From: a virus
Length of the DNA: 64,000 nt
Direction: 5' to 3' (one strand)
Virus record (IMG/VR): IMGVR_UViG_3300009593_002680
Shown: one piece after another, positions 48,467 through 57,900 of the stretch
How the letters are laid out: every line of letters begins with the position of its first letter
How positions within the stretch are numbered: the first letter of the stretch is position 1
The notes under the pieces: generated by a model
What the model was told of the DNA's origin: nothing
The model's input: the letters and a program-made list of their open reading frames with translations, nothing else
The model's database searches: none
Position numbers and translations under genes: made by a program

Positions 48467-49576
48467 ATGCAGAAACCATTTGACTTAACCAAGTTCCGAA
48501 CAGGATTGACTAAAAGCATCACTGGAATAAGTGCTGGCTTTCATGACCCACAGGATTGGATATCAACTGGTAACTACACTCTAAATTACTTAATAAGTGG
48601 GGACTTCCAAAAAGGAGTTCCCCTTGGTAAGGTGAGTGTGTTTGCTGGAGAATCTGGTTCGGGTAAAAGTTTTATCTGTTCAGGTAATTTAGTGCGTAAT
48701 GCACAAAAACAAGGCTGTCAGGTTGTATTATTTGACAGTGAAAATGCACTTGATGAAGATTGGCTACAAGCATTAGATGTAGACACTAGTCCAGAAGCAC
48801 TTCTGAAAATTAGTGTTAGCATGATAGATGATGTTGCTAAAACAATCAGTGATTTTGTAAAAGACTATAAAACTAACTATGGTGACTTACCATATGAAGA
48901 ACAACCTAAAATGCTATTTGTAGTAGATAGTTTAGGTATGTTACTTACACCAACAGACGTAGCACAATTTGAAAAAGGTGATATGAAAGGTGATATGGGT
49001 AGAAAACCAAAGGCATTAACTGCCCTAGTTAGGAATACAGTTAATCAATTAGCACCACACCCGATTGGTCTAATTGCAACAAACCATACTTATGCATCAC
49101 AAGACATGTTTGACCCTGATGATAAAATATCAGGCGGACAAGGTTTTATATATGCAAGTAGTATAGTAGTTGCTATGAAAAAACTAAAACTTAAGGAAGA
49201 CATTGACGGCAACAAAGTGTCTACAGTACAAGGTATTAGAGCGGCTTGTAAAGTAATGAAAACTCGTTACAGTAAACCGTTTGAAAGTGTTCAAGTAAAA
49301 ATCCCATACGAAGAAGGTATGGACCCATATAGTGGGCTCCTAGAAATGCTTGAAGCAAAAGGTATTGTAGAAAAAGTTGGCAATAAACTTTCTTATATCT
49401 CACCTGTAACTGGCGAAGAAATTAAAGAGTTCAGAAAAGGCTGGAGTGGAGACAAACTTCAGGTAATTATGGATGAGTGGAGTCATATTGCAGAACCTGT
49501 TGAAGAAGAGGATCTTGTAGATGATGAAACATTAATTGACGAACCTACACTTGAGGAGTTAAAAGATGAATCCTGA
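48467..49576 (+). CDS. uvsX: RecA-like recombinase UvsX
   Basis: WISTGNYTLNYLISG, GESGSGKS, FDSENAL, VVDSLGML, SGGQGFIYASS. Confidence 0.95.
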   Translation: MQKPFDLTKFRTGLTKSITGISAGFHDPQDWISTGNYTLNYLISGDFQKGVPLGKVSVFAGESGSGKSFICSGNLVRNAQKQGCQVVLFDSENALDEDWLQALDVDTSPEALLKISVSMIDDVAKTISDFVKDYKTNYGDLPYEEQPKMLFVVDSLGMLLTPTDVAQFEKGDMKGDMGRKPKALTALVRNTVNQLAPHPIGLIATNHTYASQDMFDPDDKISGGQGFIYASSIVVAMKKLKLKEDIDGNKVSTVQGIRAACKVMKTRYSKPFESVQVKIPYEEGMDPYSGLLEMLEAKGIVEKVGNKLSYISPVTGEEIKEFRKGWSGDKLQVIMDEWSHIAEPVEEEDLVDDETLIDEPTLEELKDES

Positions 49577-49799
49577 AATACAACTATTAATTAGTATATG
49601 GGACTCTATGAAAAACTATATCCAAAAGAAGGATAGAGTTGAAGCCGCAGAACACCTTGTTCGTGTATTTGACGAAGAAAGTGATATGAACGGTATAGAG
49701 GAAGAAGCCCATACTTTTGATGGCGCCTTAAAAACCGCTGTAGTCGGACATTACGGCTTCGGTGAAAATGAGGACGACTTTGAGGAAGATTGGGATTAA
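49566..49799 (+). CDS. Small acidic hypothetical protein
   Basis: Coupled ORF with GGAG RBS, between uvsX and uvsY. Confidence 0.7.
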   Translation: MNPEIQLLISIWDSMKNYIQKKDRVEAAEHLVRVFDEESDMNGIEEEAHTFDGALKTAVVGHYGFGENEDDFEEDWD

Positions 49800-49802
49800 A
49801 TT

Positions 49803-50264
49803 ATGGCTGGTTGGTATAACTCTGTAGTAGAAGATTTAGGCAAAATTGTTGACTCTATTGACCACTACGAAAAAGAATTAGAAGAAGCCAAATACGAATG
49901 CAGTATTAAGGGTAGCCTAGAGAAATCTAGTGCCGCCCTTCCAGGCATTACTGAACATCGATTTAATCAATTACAAGAGATTGAAGCAATACTAGAACAT
50001 CTAAATATTGAACTAAGAAAAGAACGTTCAAAAACATTCAGAAAATTCTTAGAATCTTACAACAGACAGTTAAGTAGTAGAGACGCAGAAAAGTTTGTTG
50101 ATAGTGAACCTAGTGTTATTAACCTAACACACCTTTGCAATCAATACAGTCTACTCAGAAATAAGTATCTGGGTATTATGAAAGGACTTGATACAAAACA
50201 ATGGCAAATAGGTCACATAACAAGACTAAGAACAGCAGGAATGGAAGACATTGTAATACAATAG
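49803..50264 (+). CDS. uvsY: Recombination mediator UvsY-like
   Basis: FLESYNRQLSSRDAEKFVDSE, RNKYLGIMKGLD..QWQI; in an operon with uvsX. Confidence 0.7.
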   Translation: MAGWYNSVVEDLGKIVDSIDHYEKELEEAKYECSIKGSLEKSSAALPGITEHRFNQLQEIEAILEHLNIELRKERSKTFRKFLESYNRQLSSRDAEKFVDSEPSVINLTHLCNQYSLLRNKYLGIMKGLDTKQWQIGHITRLRTAGMEDIVIQ

Positions 50265-50294
50265 CATCTTCCAAATCAATAACTTACAAAAAGG

Positions 50295-50322
50295 TTGACA
50301 AAGCCACAATAGATGCTAATAT
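50295..50322 (+). promoter_or_regulatory. Sigma70-type promoter
   Basis: TTGACA-16-TAATAT with TG extension. Confidence 0.6.
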
Positions 50323-50356
50323 AAGCACCATATCTAACTGGGTAGGGAATCAGGAT

Positions 50357-50782
50357 ATGATTCATGTTCAAATACATGGTCAGTTTAAAAACAAAAAATT
50401 TGTAGAAAAAGTCTCAGAACTACTATTAGAAAACATTGTTCCAACACGATTAAGACGTTATGTAGAAGTAGACGTTTGGATACAAACTGTATGTGAAGAA
50501 CAAGTAGGTGGTTACTGTTGGGGAGATAAAAAGTCTATAGACATTGAAGTTGCAAGAACTTCAGAAGGTGAACACTATACAAGGGACGAAATGTTAATGA
50601 ACTTAACACATGAATTAATTCATGCTAAACAGTTTATTACAGGAGAACTATCTCCTTCTAGTATGAGATGGAAAAAAGCAGATTATTCCAAAGTTCCGTA
50701 TAGTCATCAACCGTGGGAACGTGAAGCATACCGTTGGGAAAAACGTCTTTACGAGAAATACTTCCAAAAACTTAATGCATAA
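50357..50782 (+). CDS. Zincin-like metallopeptidase (start moved to MIHVQ)
   Basis: LTHELIHAKQ (HExxH) and PWEREAY; AGGA RBS; promoter upstream. Confidence 0.8.
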   Translation: MIHVQIHGQFKNKKFVEKVSELLLENIVPTRLRRYVEVDVWIQTVCEEQVGGYCWGDKKSIDIEVARTSEGEHYTRDEMLMNLTHELIHAKQFITGELSPSSMRWKKADYSKVPYSHQPWEREAYRWEKRLYEKYFQKLNA

Positions 50783-50787
50783 TTAGG

Positions 50788-50816
50788 TTGACATTTACCA
50801 GATTTTTTAGTATTAT
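50788..50816 (+). promoter_or_regulatory. Sigma70-type promoter
   Basis: TTGACA-17-TATTAT. Confidence 0.72.
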
Positions 50817-50845
50817 TATATTACTTTTATTTTTTAGGAGACAAT

Positions 50846-51025
50846 ATGAGTAATGTAAACGGTGTTTTTGTATATGATGAGAGCATGTCTTTCAACGAAA
50901 ATTTTTCAGTATGGTTCGATATGAACACTTACGAAAGAAGTGCATATGGTGAAGAACCATATTCAAAAGAAGAAGGATTTGCTGTTTTTTCAGGAATATT
51001 TGAAGTAAACAATACCAATTCTTAG
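50846..51025 (+). CDS. Small acidic protein, 59 aa (MSNVNGVFVYDESMSFNENFSVWFDMNTYERSAYGEEPYS...); not in the ORF track
   Basis: AGGAG RBS, promoter upstream, stop overlaps the RBS of the next gene. Confidence 0.8.
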   Translation: MSNVNGVFVYDESMSFNENFSVWFDMNTYERSAYGEEPYSKEEGFAVFSGIFEVNNTNS

Positions 51026-51034
51026 GAGATACTT

Positions 51035-51574
51035 ATGACCACCCATGCAATGATTGATATCGAAACTTTGGCTACAACGCCAGAAGCAGTAGTATTAAGT
51101 GTGGGTGGTGTAAAGTTCGATCCTTACACAAATGAAGAGCCACACACATTCTTAGACTTTAAATTAGACATTGATGAGCAAACAAACTTACACAGAGATG
51201 TAGATGATGGTACTATGGAATGGTGGGCAAAACAACCAAAACATATTCAGGATATTGCCTTTGCAGAAGAGGGCAGAACTCCACTAAATGAATTCACAAA
51301 ATCGCTTAATAAATGGCTAGTTGGGTGTGACCAAATATGGTGCCAAGGCCCACAATTTGATATGGTCATTATTGAGAATCTATATAAAATGCTAAACACC
51401 CACACAAATTGGGCATATTGGCAAATCAGAGATAGCAGAACTGTATTCAGCATGATGGATGTAGACCCTAGAAAAGGCATTCAAGAAGACCTACATAGTG
51501 CTGTAGATGATGCAAAATGGCAGGCAAAATGTTTACAAACCTGCTTTTTCATGCTAAACATCAAAAAAGATTAA
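51035..51574 (+). CDS. DEDDh 3'-5' exonuclease (Rv2179c-like)
   Basis: MIDIET, WCQGPQFD, RDSRT, HSAVDDA. Confidence 0.88.
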   Translation: MTTHAMIDIETLATTPEAVVLSVGGVKFDPYTNEEPHTFLDFKLDIDEQTNLHRDVDDGTMEWWAKQPKHIQDIAFAEEGRTPLNEFTKSLNKWLVGCDQIWCQGPQFDMVIIENLYKMLNTHTNWAYWQIRDSRTVFSMMDVDPRKGIQEDLHSAVDDAKWQAKCLQTCFFMLNIKKD

Positions 51575-51603
51575 TTTTTTTACCAAAAAAAGTGGTAAAA
51601 AGG

Positions 51604-51631
51604 TTGACTTACACTCAAAAAGAAGTATAAT
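51604..51631 (+). promoter_or_regulatory. Sigma70-type promoter
   Basis: TTGACT-16-TATAAT. Confidence 0.75.
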
Positions 51632-51689
51632 AGTATATAAGAGTTAGGGAAAGGGTCCTTAACAAAACCATAAAGTCGGGGATGACAAT

Positions 51690-52727
51690 ATGACAAACGC
51701 ATTAAATTATGTAAAAATTAAGAGCGGAACTTACCGTAAAAACGAAATCGTTGATACTGTATTTCCAATTCTTAAGCCACTTAATGTTGGTAAAAAAGGT
51801 GCTTTCATTACTGTAAACGGTACTGAAGTGATGGGTGATAAATTTGCAAGTATTAGGGTTTTAATAGAAGATCCTACTAAAGACTTAGAGTATGTTACTC
51901 CAGGTGTTTATGCAGAACAACCTAAAATCGACAACACTCCAAAAGATGAGGAAAGTGACGAACAAGCAATTGAGCGAATTCGTGAACGTTTTGATATTTT
52001 GGACAGAATGACTCATGCAGTAGCAGAAGGTACTGTAAGAGGTATGATAGTAAGTGGCCCTCCAGGAGTTGGTAAGTCATTTGGTGTTGAAACTGTTCTT
52101 GAAGATTATGACATGCTTACAGAAGTTGCTGGTAAACCTGCAAGAACTGAAGTTGTTAAAGGTTCAGTTACACCAATTGGTCTTTTCCAAACACTTTATA
52201 ACAATTCACAAAAAGGTAACATCTTAGTATTTGATGACTGTGATAGTGTGTTGTTTGATGAAGTATGTTTGAACATGCTTAAGGCTACACTTGATTCAGG
52301 TAAGAAAAGAACTATTACTTGGAAGTCAGAATCACAAGCACTTAGAAGGGAAGGTATTCCTGATAGGTTTGAATTCAAAGGTGGTTGTATCTTTATTACT
52401 AACGTTGATTTTGAAAACGTTCGTTCTAAGAAGATTAAGGATCACTTGGCGGCACTTATGTCAAGATGTCATTACCTAGACCTTACAATGAACTCTAAAA
52501 GAGATAAGTTTCTAAGGATTAACCAAATCGTTAGAGATGGTATGCTTGATGAGTATGGGTTTGGGAAAGAAGGAGATAAAGAAATTATCGACTTCATGAC
52601 TGAGAACCAAGACATCGTAAGAGAGATTAGTTTGCGTATGGTTTTAAAGATTGCGGATCTTAAGAAAATGGATTCTGAGAACTGGCAAAAACTAGCCAAA
52701 ACAACTTGCATGTCTGGAGCAATATAA
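51690..52727 (+). CDS. AAA+ ATPase of unknown function
   Basis: SGPPGVGKS Walker A, LVFDDCD Walker B, IFITN sensor, ALMSRC arginine finger. Confidence 0.88.
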   Translation: MTNALNYVKIKSGTYRKNEIVDTVFPILKPLNVGKKGAFITVNGTEVMGDKFASIRVLIEDPTKDLEYVTPGVYAEQPKIDNTPKDEESDEQAIERIRERFDILDRMTHAVAEGTVRGMIVSGPPGVGKSFGVETVLEDYDMLTEVAGKPARTEVVKGSVTPIGLFQTLYNNSQKGNILVFDDCDSVLFDEVCLNMLKATLDSGKKRTITWKSESQALRREGIPDRFEFKGGCIFITNVDFENVRSKKIKDHLAALMSRCHYLDLTMNSKRDKFLRINQIVRDGMLDEYGFGKEGDKEIIDFMTENQDIVREISLRMVLKIADLKKMDSENWQKLAKTTCMSGAI

Positions 52728-52793
52728 GATAATTATATATTGCTAACGGTTCCCTGGTGCTCAACGTTAGTCATCCCCCACTAGAGCACCATA

Positions 52794-52825
52794 GAAGCCC
52801 GGAGTTCTTCCGGGCTTCACCTTTT
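52794..52825 (+). terminator. GC-rich hairpin, probable terminator
   Basis: GAAGCCCGGA-GTTCT-TCCGGGCTTC followed by ACCTTTTG (short U tract). Confidence 0.7.
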
Positions 52826-52848
52826 GTGCATTTAATTCTAGAATTAAC

Positions 52849-52876
52849 TTGACTTTTCAGTAGAAAGACGTATAAT
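52849..52876 (+). promoter_or_regulatory. Sigma70-type promoter for the TonB receptor
   Basis: TTGACT-16-TATAAT. Confidence 0.75.
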
Positions 52877-52906
52877 TAATATAGAATTAACCAACCTGGA
52901 GACAGA

Positions 52907-54649
52907 ATGAAGAACGGAAACAAAATTGACTGGAATTTCCATATCAATTTTTCTCCGATGTATGCGGCTTTTGTATGGATGGTATTGTTCTCAGTAGCAA
53001 TATGTATAAGTCCAAAAGCACAAGCAGAGGAGATAGAAGAAGTTGTGGTAGTGGCACAACAGACTAAAACAGTTAAAACAGATCCACTAAAAGAGAATTC
53101 CTTTATAAGAGCATTACTACCTAGTCATACTTGGACTGCTGGTGGACAAGGTGCTTTTCAAGGATATAACGAACGTGGTGCTCAAAATGTACACACCACA
53201 GTATATAGAAATGGCATACCAGCAAATTTACCTGGTACTGCATGGTATGACTTTGGAACAGAATTAGTAACTGGACAAGAAGTTAAAATTATTTCTGGTG
53301 CTAATAGTGTTGTATATGGAAGTGGTAGTATTGCTGGAACAATATTAATCAAAGACACTATTCAAAAGAGTGCAACAGCATCATTTGGAACAGACAGTAA
53401 TAGATATTTAAGTCTTGCACCTACTAATTGGCTTCAATATACTGCAATGGAAGTAAAGCAAGGTAGTGCTAGAAATGATAATGTAGAAGAAGACATATAC
53501 AGTAATAGAAATGCAAAGTTAAATTTTGACTTACAAGACTTTACAATTACAATGAATTATACTGATTATACATATGATTATGATAACTGTTATGATTCTC
53601 AATTTGAAGCATCAAATGATTGTGAACAAGATGGTGAGAAGTATAATATTGCAGTAAACAACGAATACCTTACAATAGGTAGAACACATGATAAATCAGA
53701 ATACTATACAGGTGATTGGATGTCTTTCTATAGTGAAAGTAGCACAGACTATTTACGAGTAGGCGACCAAACTAACCTTTCACAAAAATTGCAAGTTGCA
53801 TATGGACTTGATGCAAGTCATGAACAGTATGAAACATTAAGTGATGATTACAATAGAGATAACTATGGTGCTTACTTAAATATTAATGCCGACTTTGCCA
53901 TGAAATATAACTTTGGTTTTAGAGTTGGCAATGAAGACCAAAACGCATTACGATTTGGACTTGAAAGTGGACCATTCTTTTTAAATGTTGGAAACAGTTT
54001 TAGAAGACCTACATTATATGAACAAAATGGTGACGGCTATGTAGATGCTAACTTAGACTTATTGCCTGAAGAAGCAGTAGGGTATGAAATTGGTTTTGGT
54101 GTATTAAGTTTATTTAGATATGAATTTGAACAAGCAATTGAATATACACCAGGGTTTTATGAAGATGTTACATCATCAGAAACTGTTCCTATCTATGATG
54201 AAGATGGAAATGATACAGGTGAAGTAGAAGTAATTATAACAACTGAACAAGTTTGGAACGCACCTAAATACTACAATACGGGGTCATACGAAACAACAGG
54301 TTTTAGATACTCTCAAACATTTGGAGCATTTGGTGTTGCACTTAAATACACTGATACGGACCAACCAAGAGTTCCTAAGTATGTTGGTGTGTTTAGTTGG
54401 GACCAAGATTTTGGAAGTCATAATTTTAACATTACATATAGAGGACAGTTTGAAAGAATACCTGGAATATTTGATGGTGATGAATTAGAAGATTTACAAA
54501 ATTTATCTTTTAGATATATTAAAACTTTTGCTAATGAATTAGAACTAGCATTAAGAGTTGATAATGTATTAGATGAAGAATTAGAAGTACTTCCTGGATA
54601 TAACAATCGTGGAAGACAATTTATGTTGACAATACAACGAAAATGGTAG
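52907..54649 (+). CDS. TonB-dependent outer-membrane receptor (compact, BtuB/CirA-like)
   Basis: Signal peptide ending AQA; TonB box EEVVVVA; plug motifs VYRNGIP and VKIISGANSVVYGSGSIAGTI; GNSFRRPTLYE, LRVDNVLDEE, GRQF; C-terminal W. Confidence 0.88.
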   Translation: MKNGNKIDWNFHINFSPMYAAFVWMVLFSVAICISPKAQAEEIEEVVVVAQQTKTVKTDPLKENSFIRALLPSHTWTAGGQGAFQGYNERGAQNVHTTVYRNGIPANLPGTAWYDFGTELVTGQEVKIISGANSVVYGSGSIAGTILIKDTIQKSATASFGTDSNRYLSLAPTNWLQYTAMEVKQGSARNDNVEEDIYSNRNAKLNFDLQDFTITMNYTDYTYDYDNCYDSQFEASNDCEQDGEKYNIAVNNEYLTIGRTHDKSEYYTGDWMSFYSESSTDYLRVGDQTNLSQKLQVAYGLDASHEQYETLSDDYNRDNYGAYLNINADFAMKYNFGFRVGNEDQNALRFGLESGPFFLNVGNSFRRPTLYEQNGDGYVDANLDLLPEEAVGYEIGFGVLSLFRYEFEQAIEYTPGFYEDVTSSETVPIYDEDGNDTGEVEVIITTEQVWNAPKYYNTGSYETTGFRYSQTFGAFGVALKYTDTDQPRVPKYVGVFSWDQDFGSHNFNITYRGQFERIPGIFDGDELEDLQNLSFRYIKTFANELELALRVDNVLDEELEVLPGYNNRGRQFMLTIQRKW

Positions 54650-54655
54650 TATAAT
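54626..54655 (+). promoter_or_regulatory. Sigma70-type promoter (leaderless uvsW)
   Basis: TTGACA-18-TATAAT; ATG 6 nt after the -10 box. Confidence 0.65.
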
Positions 54656-54660
54656 AAACT

Positions 54661-56118
54661 ATGGCTAAATGTGTTCTAGAAATACGTGATGAAGTAAATG
54701 TTAAGTTCTCTGGTTTAGCACCGAGTACAAGACGTAAAATTTCTGACGAAGCAAAATACTTTTTACCTTATGCATATCATATGCCTGCTTATAAATTAGG
54801 CAGATGGGATGGTTGCGTAAGGTATTGTGATATTGGCGGTAGAACATATATGAACTTGTTGGATAGATTAATACCTATTGTACAAGCAGATGGATATGAA
54901 ATAGAAATAGATGACCAACGTGATGAATGGAAGTTTGATTTTGAACCCATAGAACAAACAAGGTATGAAAACATAGCATGGCCCAAAGGGCATCCTGCAG
55001 ATGGCGAACCTATTATTTTAAGGGATTACCAAGTACAAGTTATTAATGAGTTTTTAACTAATCCACAAAGTTTGCAAGAAGTGGCTACAGGCGCCGGTAA
55101 AACACTCATAACTGCCGCCTTAAGCGACTTATGTGAGCCCTATGGTAGAACAATAGTAATTGTTCCTAATAAAGATTTAGTTGTACAAACAGAACGAGAT
55201 TATAAAAACTTAGGTCTTGATGTTGGTGTACTGTTTGGTGATAGAAAAGAATATGATAAAACACATACAATTTGTACTTGGCAAAGTCTTGCAATACTAG
55301 AAAAGAAAAGTAAAAAGTATGAAGCAGATTTTCCAATAGACTTGTTCTTACAAGGTGTTGTATGTATTATGGTAGACGAAGTACATAAAGCAAAAGCAGA
55401 TGTATTAAGAAATCTACTAGGTGGTGTGTTTGCTAATGTTCCTATTCGTTGGGGACTAACAGGAACTATTCCTAAAGATGACTATGAAGCAATTGGTTGT
55501 ACATGTTGTTTAGGACCTGTTACAGGAAACCTTAGCAGTAAAGAACTACAAGATAAAGGTGTGTTAGCAAACTTAGACATTAACATATTCCAACTACAAG
55601 ATGGAGTTTTAGGTTTTAATAACTATGCACAAGAATTAAAATGGCTTGTAACAGACGACCCTAGAGTAACTCACATAAGTGATATTATTAAAGGGTTAAG
55701 TGGAACAGGCAATACACTTGTACTAATAGATAGATTAGCAACAGGTGAATTACTTATAGATAAAAATCCTGATTGGGTTTTTATAAGTGGAGATATGAAA
55801 GTTTCTGATAGGCAATCAGAGTATGCACAAATATCAGAAATGGATAATAAAGTAATTGTTGCAACGTACGGAGTTGCGGCGGTCGGTATTAATATTCCTC
55901 GAATATTTAATTTGGTTCTTTTAGAGCCAGGTAAAAGTTTCGTAAGAGTAATACAAAGTATCGGAAGAGGAATCCGTAAAGCAGAAGACAAAGACTATTT
56001 GAATGTTGTCGACATTACAAGTAATCTTAAGTATAGTAAGCGACATTTAACTAAAAGAAAAGCATTCTATAAAGAACAAGGATTCCCTTTTCAAGTTACT
56101 AAAGTGGAGTATAAATGA
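54661..56118 (+). CDS. uvsW: SF2 helicase UvsW
   Basis: LRDYQ, ATGAGKT, VDEVH, GLTGT, ATYGVAAVGINI, QSIGRGIR. Confidence 0.95.
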   Translation: MAKCVLEIRDEVNVKFSGLAPSTRRKISDEAKYFLPYAYHMPAYKLGRWDGCVRYCDIGGRTYMNLLDRLIPIVQADGYEIEIDDQRDEWKFDFEPIEQTRYENIAWPKGHPADGEPIILRDYQVQVINEFLTNPQSLQEVATGAGKTLITAALSDLCEPYGRTIVIVPNKDLVVQTERDYKNLGLDVGVLFGDRKEYDKTHTICTWQSLAILEKKSKKYEADFPIDLFLQGVVCIMVDEVHKAKADVLRNLLGGVFANVPIRWGLTGTIPKDDYEAIGCTCCLGPVTGNLSSKELQDKGVLANLDINIFQLQDGVLGFNNYAQELKWLVTDDPRVTHISDIIKGLSGTGNTLVLIDRLATGELLIDKNPDWVFISGDMKVSDRQSEYAQISEMDNKVIVATYGVAAVGINIPRIFNLVLLEPGKSFVRVIQSIGRGIRKAEDKDYLNVVDITSNLKYSKRHLTKRKAFYKEQGFPFQVTKVEYK

Positions 56119-56618
56119 AAATATTAACAGTAGATAATTCCGTATATGAGATAGACCAAGTACCTGATGAAATAGATGATATCAGATTTGGTGTATTTGA
56201 CACTAGTGATCCAGAATGGATGGATTACTATTTTTTACCTCTAATCTTTTTAGAGAGTTTTTATGCACCTGCAATATGTTTACAAATAGGAGAACACAAT
56301 ATACAAATGCCTATGGATTGGAGTATTGCAATAACAGATGAAGATTTAAGTGGTATTGAAGTTATACCTTTGACTAGTTTAAACAATAGAGGATTCTTAA
56401 CTGCAACGTTAAATCCCTTGAGTGGTAGGCTCATTGAATGTCATGAAGTAAAAATTACAAATATATTTCAAGATGTAAAATGGTACTTTCCTAAATTAAA
56501 AAATGGACACATGTTGTTGGCACCTTTAGAAAGTAGAGATAATCCACAATGTGCTATGTTTGTTAAAGAAGCAAACAAAATTCCAAATGAAATTGATATA
56601 GGTCATTTACTAGACTAG
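56115..56618 (+). CDS. Conserved hypothetical protein
   Basis: Coupled to uvsW; WYFPKLKNGHML motif. Confidence 0.72.
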   Translation: MKILTVDNSVYEIDQVPDEIDDIRFGVFDTSDPEWMDYYFLPLIFLESFYAPAICLQIGEHNIQMPMDWSIAITDEDLSGIEVIPLTSLNNRGFLTATLNPLSGRLIECHEVKITNIFQDVKWYFPKLKNGHMLLAPLESRDNPQCAMFVKEANKIPNEIDIGHLLD

Positions 56619-56627
56619 GAGGTTAAT

Positions 56628-57380
56628 ATGGCAAAATATAGATATAGAATTGACGGCGGAAGATATGGAGGAGAACTTACAGTAGGAGAAGTTACTGATG
56701 AGTTTGTAAGATTTTGGGTACCTAGGATTGAAGATGATGGTGCATACGAACAATTTATTCCACATGTACTTTCTTTAGGTGAATGGGACGATGACGAAGA
56801 TATTATTTCTGAGTCTCCTGCTATTTTAGAAGATAGAGATGATATTCCTGGTTGGTATGAATTAGATGGTATTGAGCATATAAACGCCGCCTACGCAGAT
56901 GGTGGCTTTTTTGTTTCTAGTGTAAAACCAGATGGAGAAGCAGATTGGGATTACGATGAAGGCGAAATGGAAATAGAAGGGCATTGTTTAAAAGGTAGAG
57001 AAGGAGCATATATAAGCATAGAAACAGAAGGTGAAACTCCAGAAGGCTGTACACCTGTTATGCTTTTCCATAGTGCAGAAAAAGGTGGCTTTGCAAGTTG
57101 GTTTGTAGACTCAGACGAACCTTTCGACCCTGACAAGTTAGTTTTTAGTATTGTAGAAACACACTTAGGTGATTTTATAGAAGATGTTTGGTATGATAAA
57201 GAATGGTTAGATCCAAATTATGACTGTAACGATACAACAGGCAAAAGTTATGAAGCCGCAGTTGGATGGATTACAGACAAATGGAGAGACCCATATGTAG
57301 ATCCTGAAGATAGCGACTTATCAGAGTATTGGGAAGAACATGAAGAGAATCTTGCATGGGAAGAAGAGAATGGATCTTAA
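56628..57380 (+). CDS. Very acidic hypothetical protein
   Basis: AGGAGG RBS; D/E- and W-rich 250-aa ORF. Confidence 0.75.
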   Translation: MAKYRYRIDGGRYGGELTVGEVTDEFVRFWVPRIEDDGAYEQFIPHVLSLGEWDDDEDIISESPAILEDRDDIPGWYELDGIEHINAAYADGGFFVSSVKPDGEADWDYDEGEMEIEGHCLKGREGAYISIETEGETPEGCTPVMLFHSAEKGGFASWFVDSDEPFDPDKLVFSIVETHLGDFIEDVWYDKEWLDPNYDCNDTTGKSYEAAVGWITDKWRDPYVDPEDSDLSEYWEEHEENLAWEEENGS

Positions 57381-57900
57381 AGAACTTATAACTACTGTAC
57401 CTGACTTTCCTGTTAAAGGAATACAGTACAAAGACGTTACTAGCATTCTAACACAACCACAAGCATTTCAATATACAGTTACAAAACTAACTGATTACTG
57501 TATGCGTAATAAAGTTACAGATATTGTGGCTCCGGATGCCAGAGGATTTTTATGGGGTGCTCCAGTGGCATTAGATATGGAAATACCTTTACACATAGTT
57601 CGTAAACCAGGTAAACTACCTCCCCCAACATTTGAGCATCACTTTACATATGAGTATGCAGAAACTAACTTAAACATAAAGCAGGACGCAAAATTAGGGC
57701 CAGACAGCAACGTTTGTATTATGGATGATGTAAATGCTACGGGTGGTACTGCAAGTGCTATATTTGAACTGCTACAAAACTTTAATTGCCAACCTTTGCA
57801 TTATGCATGTGTAATTGACTTGACTTTCTTAGAAGGAAGTGCTAAACTGCAAGAGTATTGCGGAATGGATACTTTTAGTGTGATATCTTATGACGAATGA
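57370..57900 (+). CDS. apt: Adenine phosphoribosyltransferase (start moved to MDLKELI)
   Basis: PDFPVKGIQYKDVT, DARGFLWG, VRKPGKLP, PRPP-binding IMDDVNATGGT. Confidence 0.9.
   Translation: MDLKELITTVPDFPVKGIQYKDVTSILTQPQAFQYTVTKLTDYCMRNKVTDIVAPDARGFLWGAPVALDMEIPLHIVRKPGKLPPPTFEHHFTYEYAETNLNIKQDAKLGPDSNVCIMDDVNATGGTASAIFELLQNFNCQPLHYACVIDLTFLEGSAKLQEYCGMDTFSVISYDE

Noticed and set aside
51575-51600. TTTTACCA/TGGTAAAA inverted repeat and similar TTTACC words near other promoters as a regulator site
   Set aside because: AT-rich and inconsistently placed relative to the -35 boxes; cannot be told apart from background without a statistical test.
52728-52906. Cobalamin riboswitch controlling the TonB receptor
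   Set aside because: The structured segment is short, lacks the conserved B12-box sequences and lies upstream of the receptor's own predicted promoter (52849-52876), so it would not be in that mRNA.
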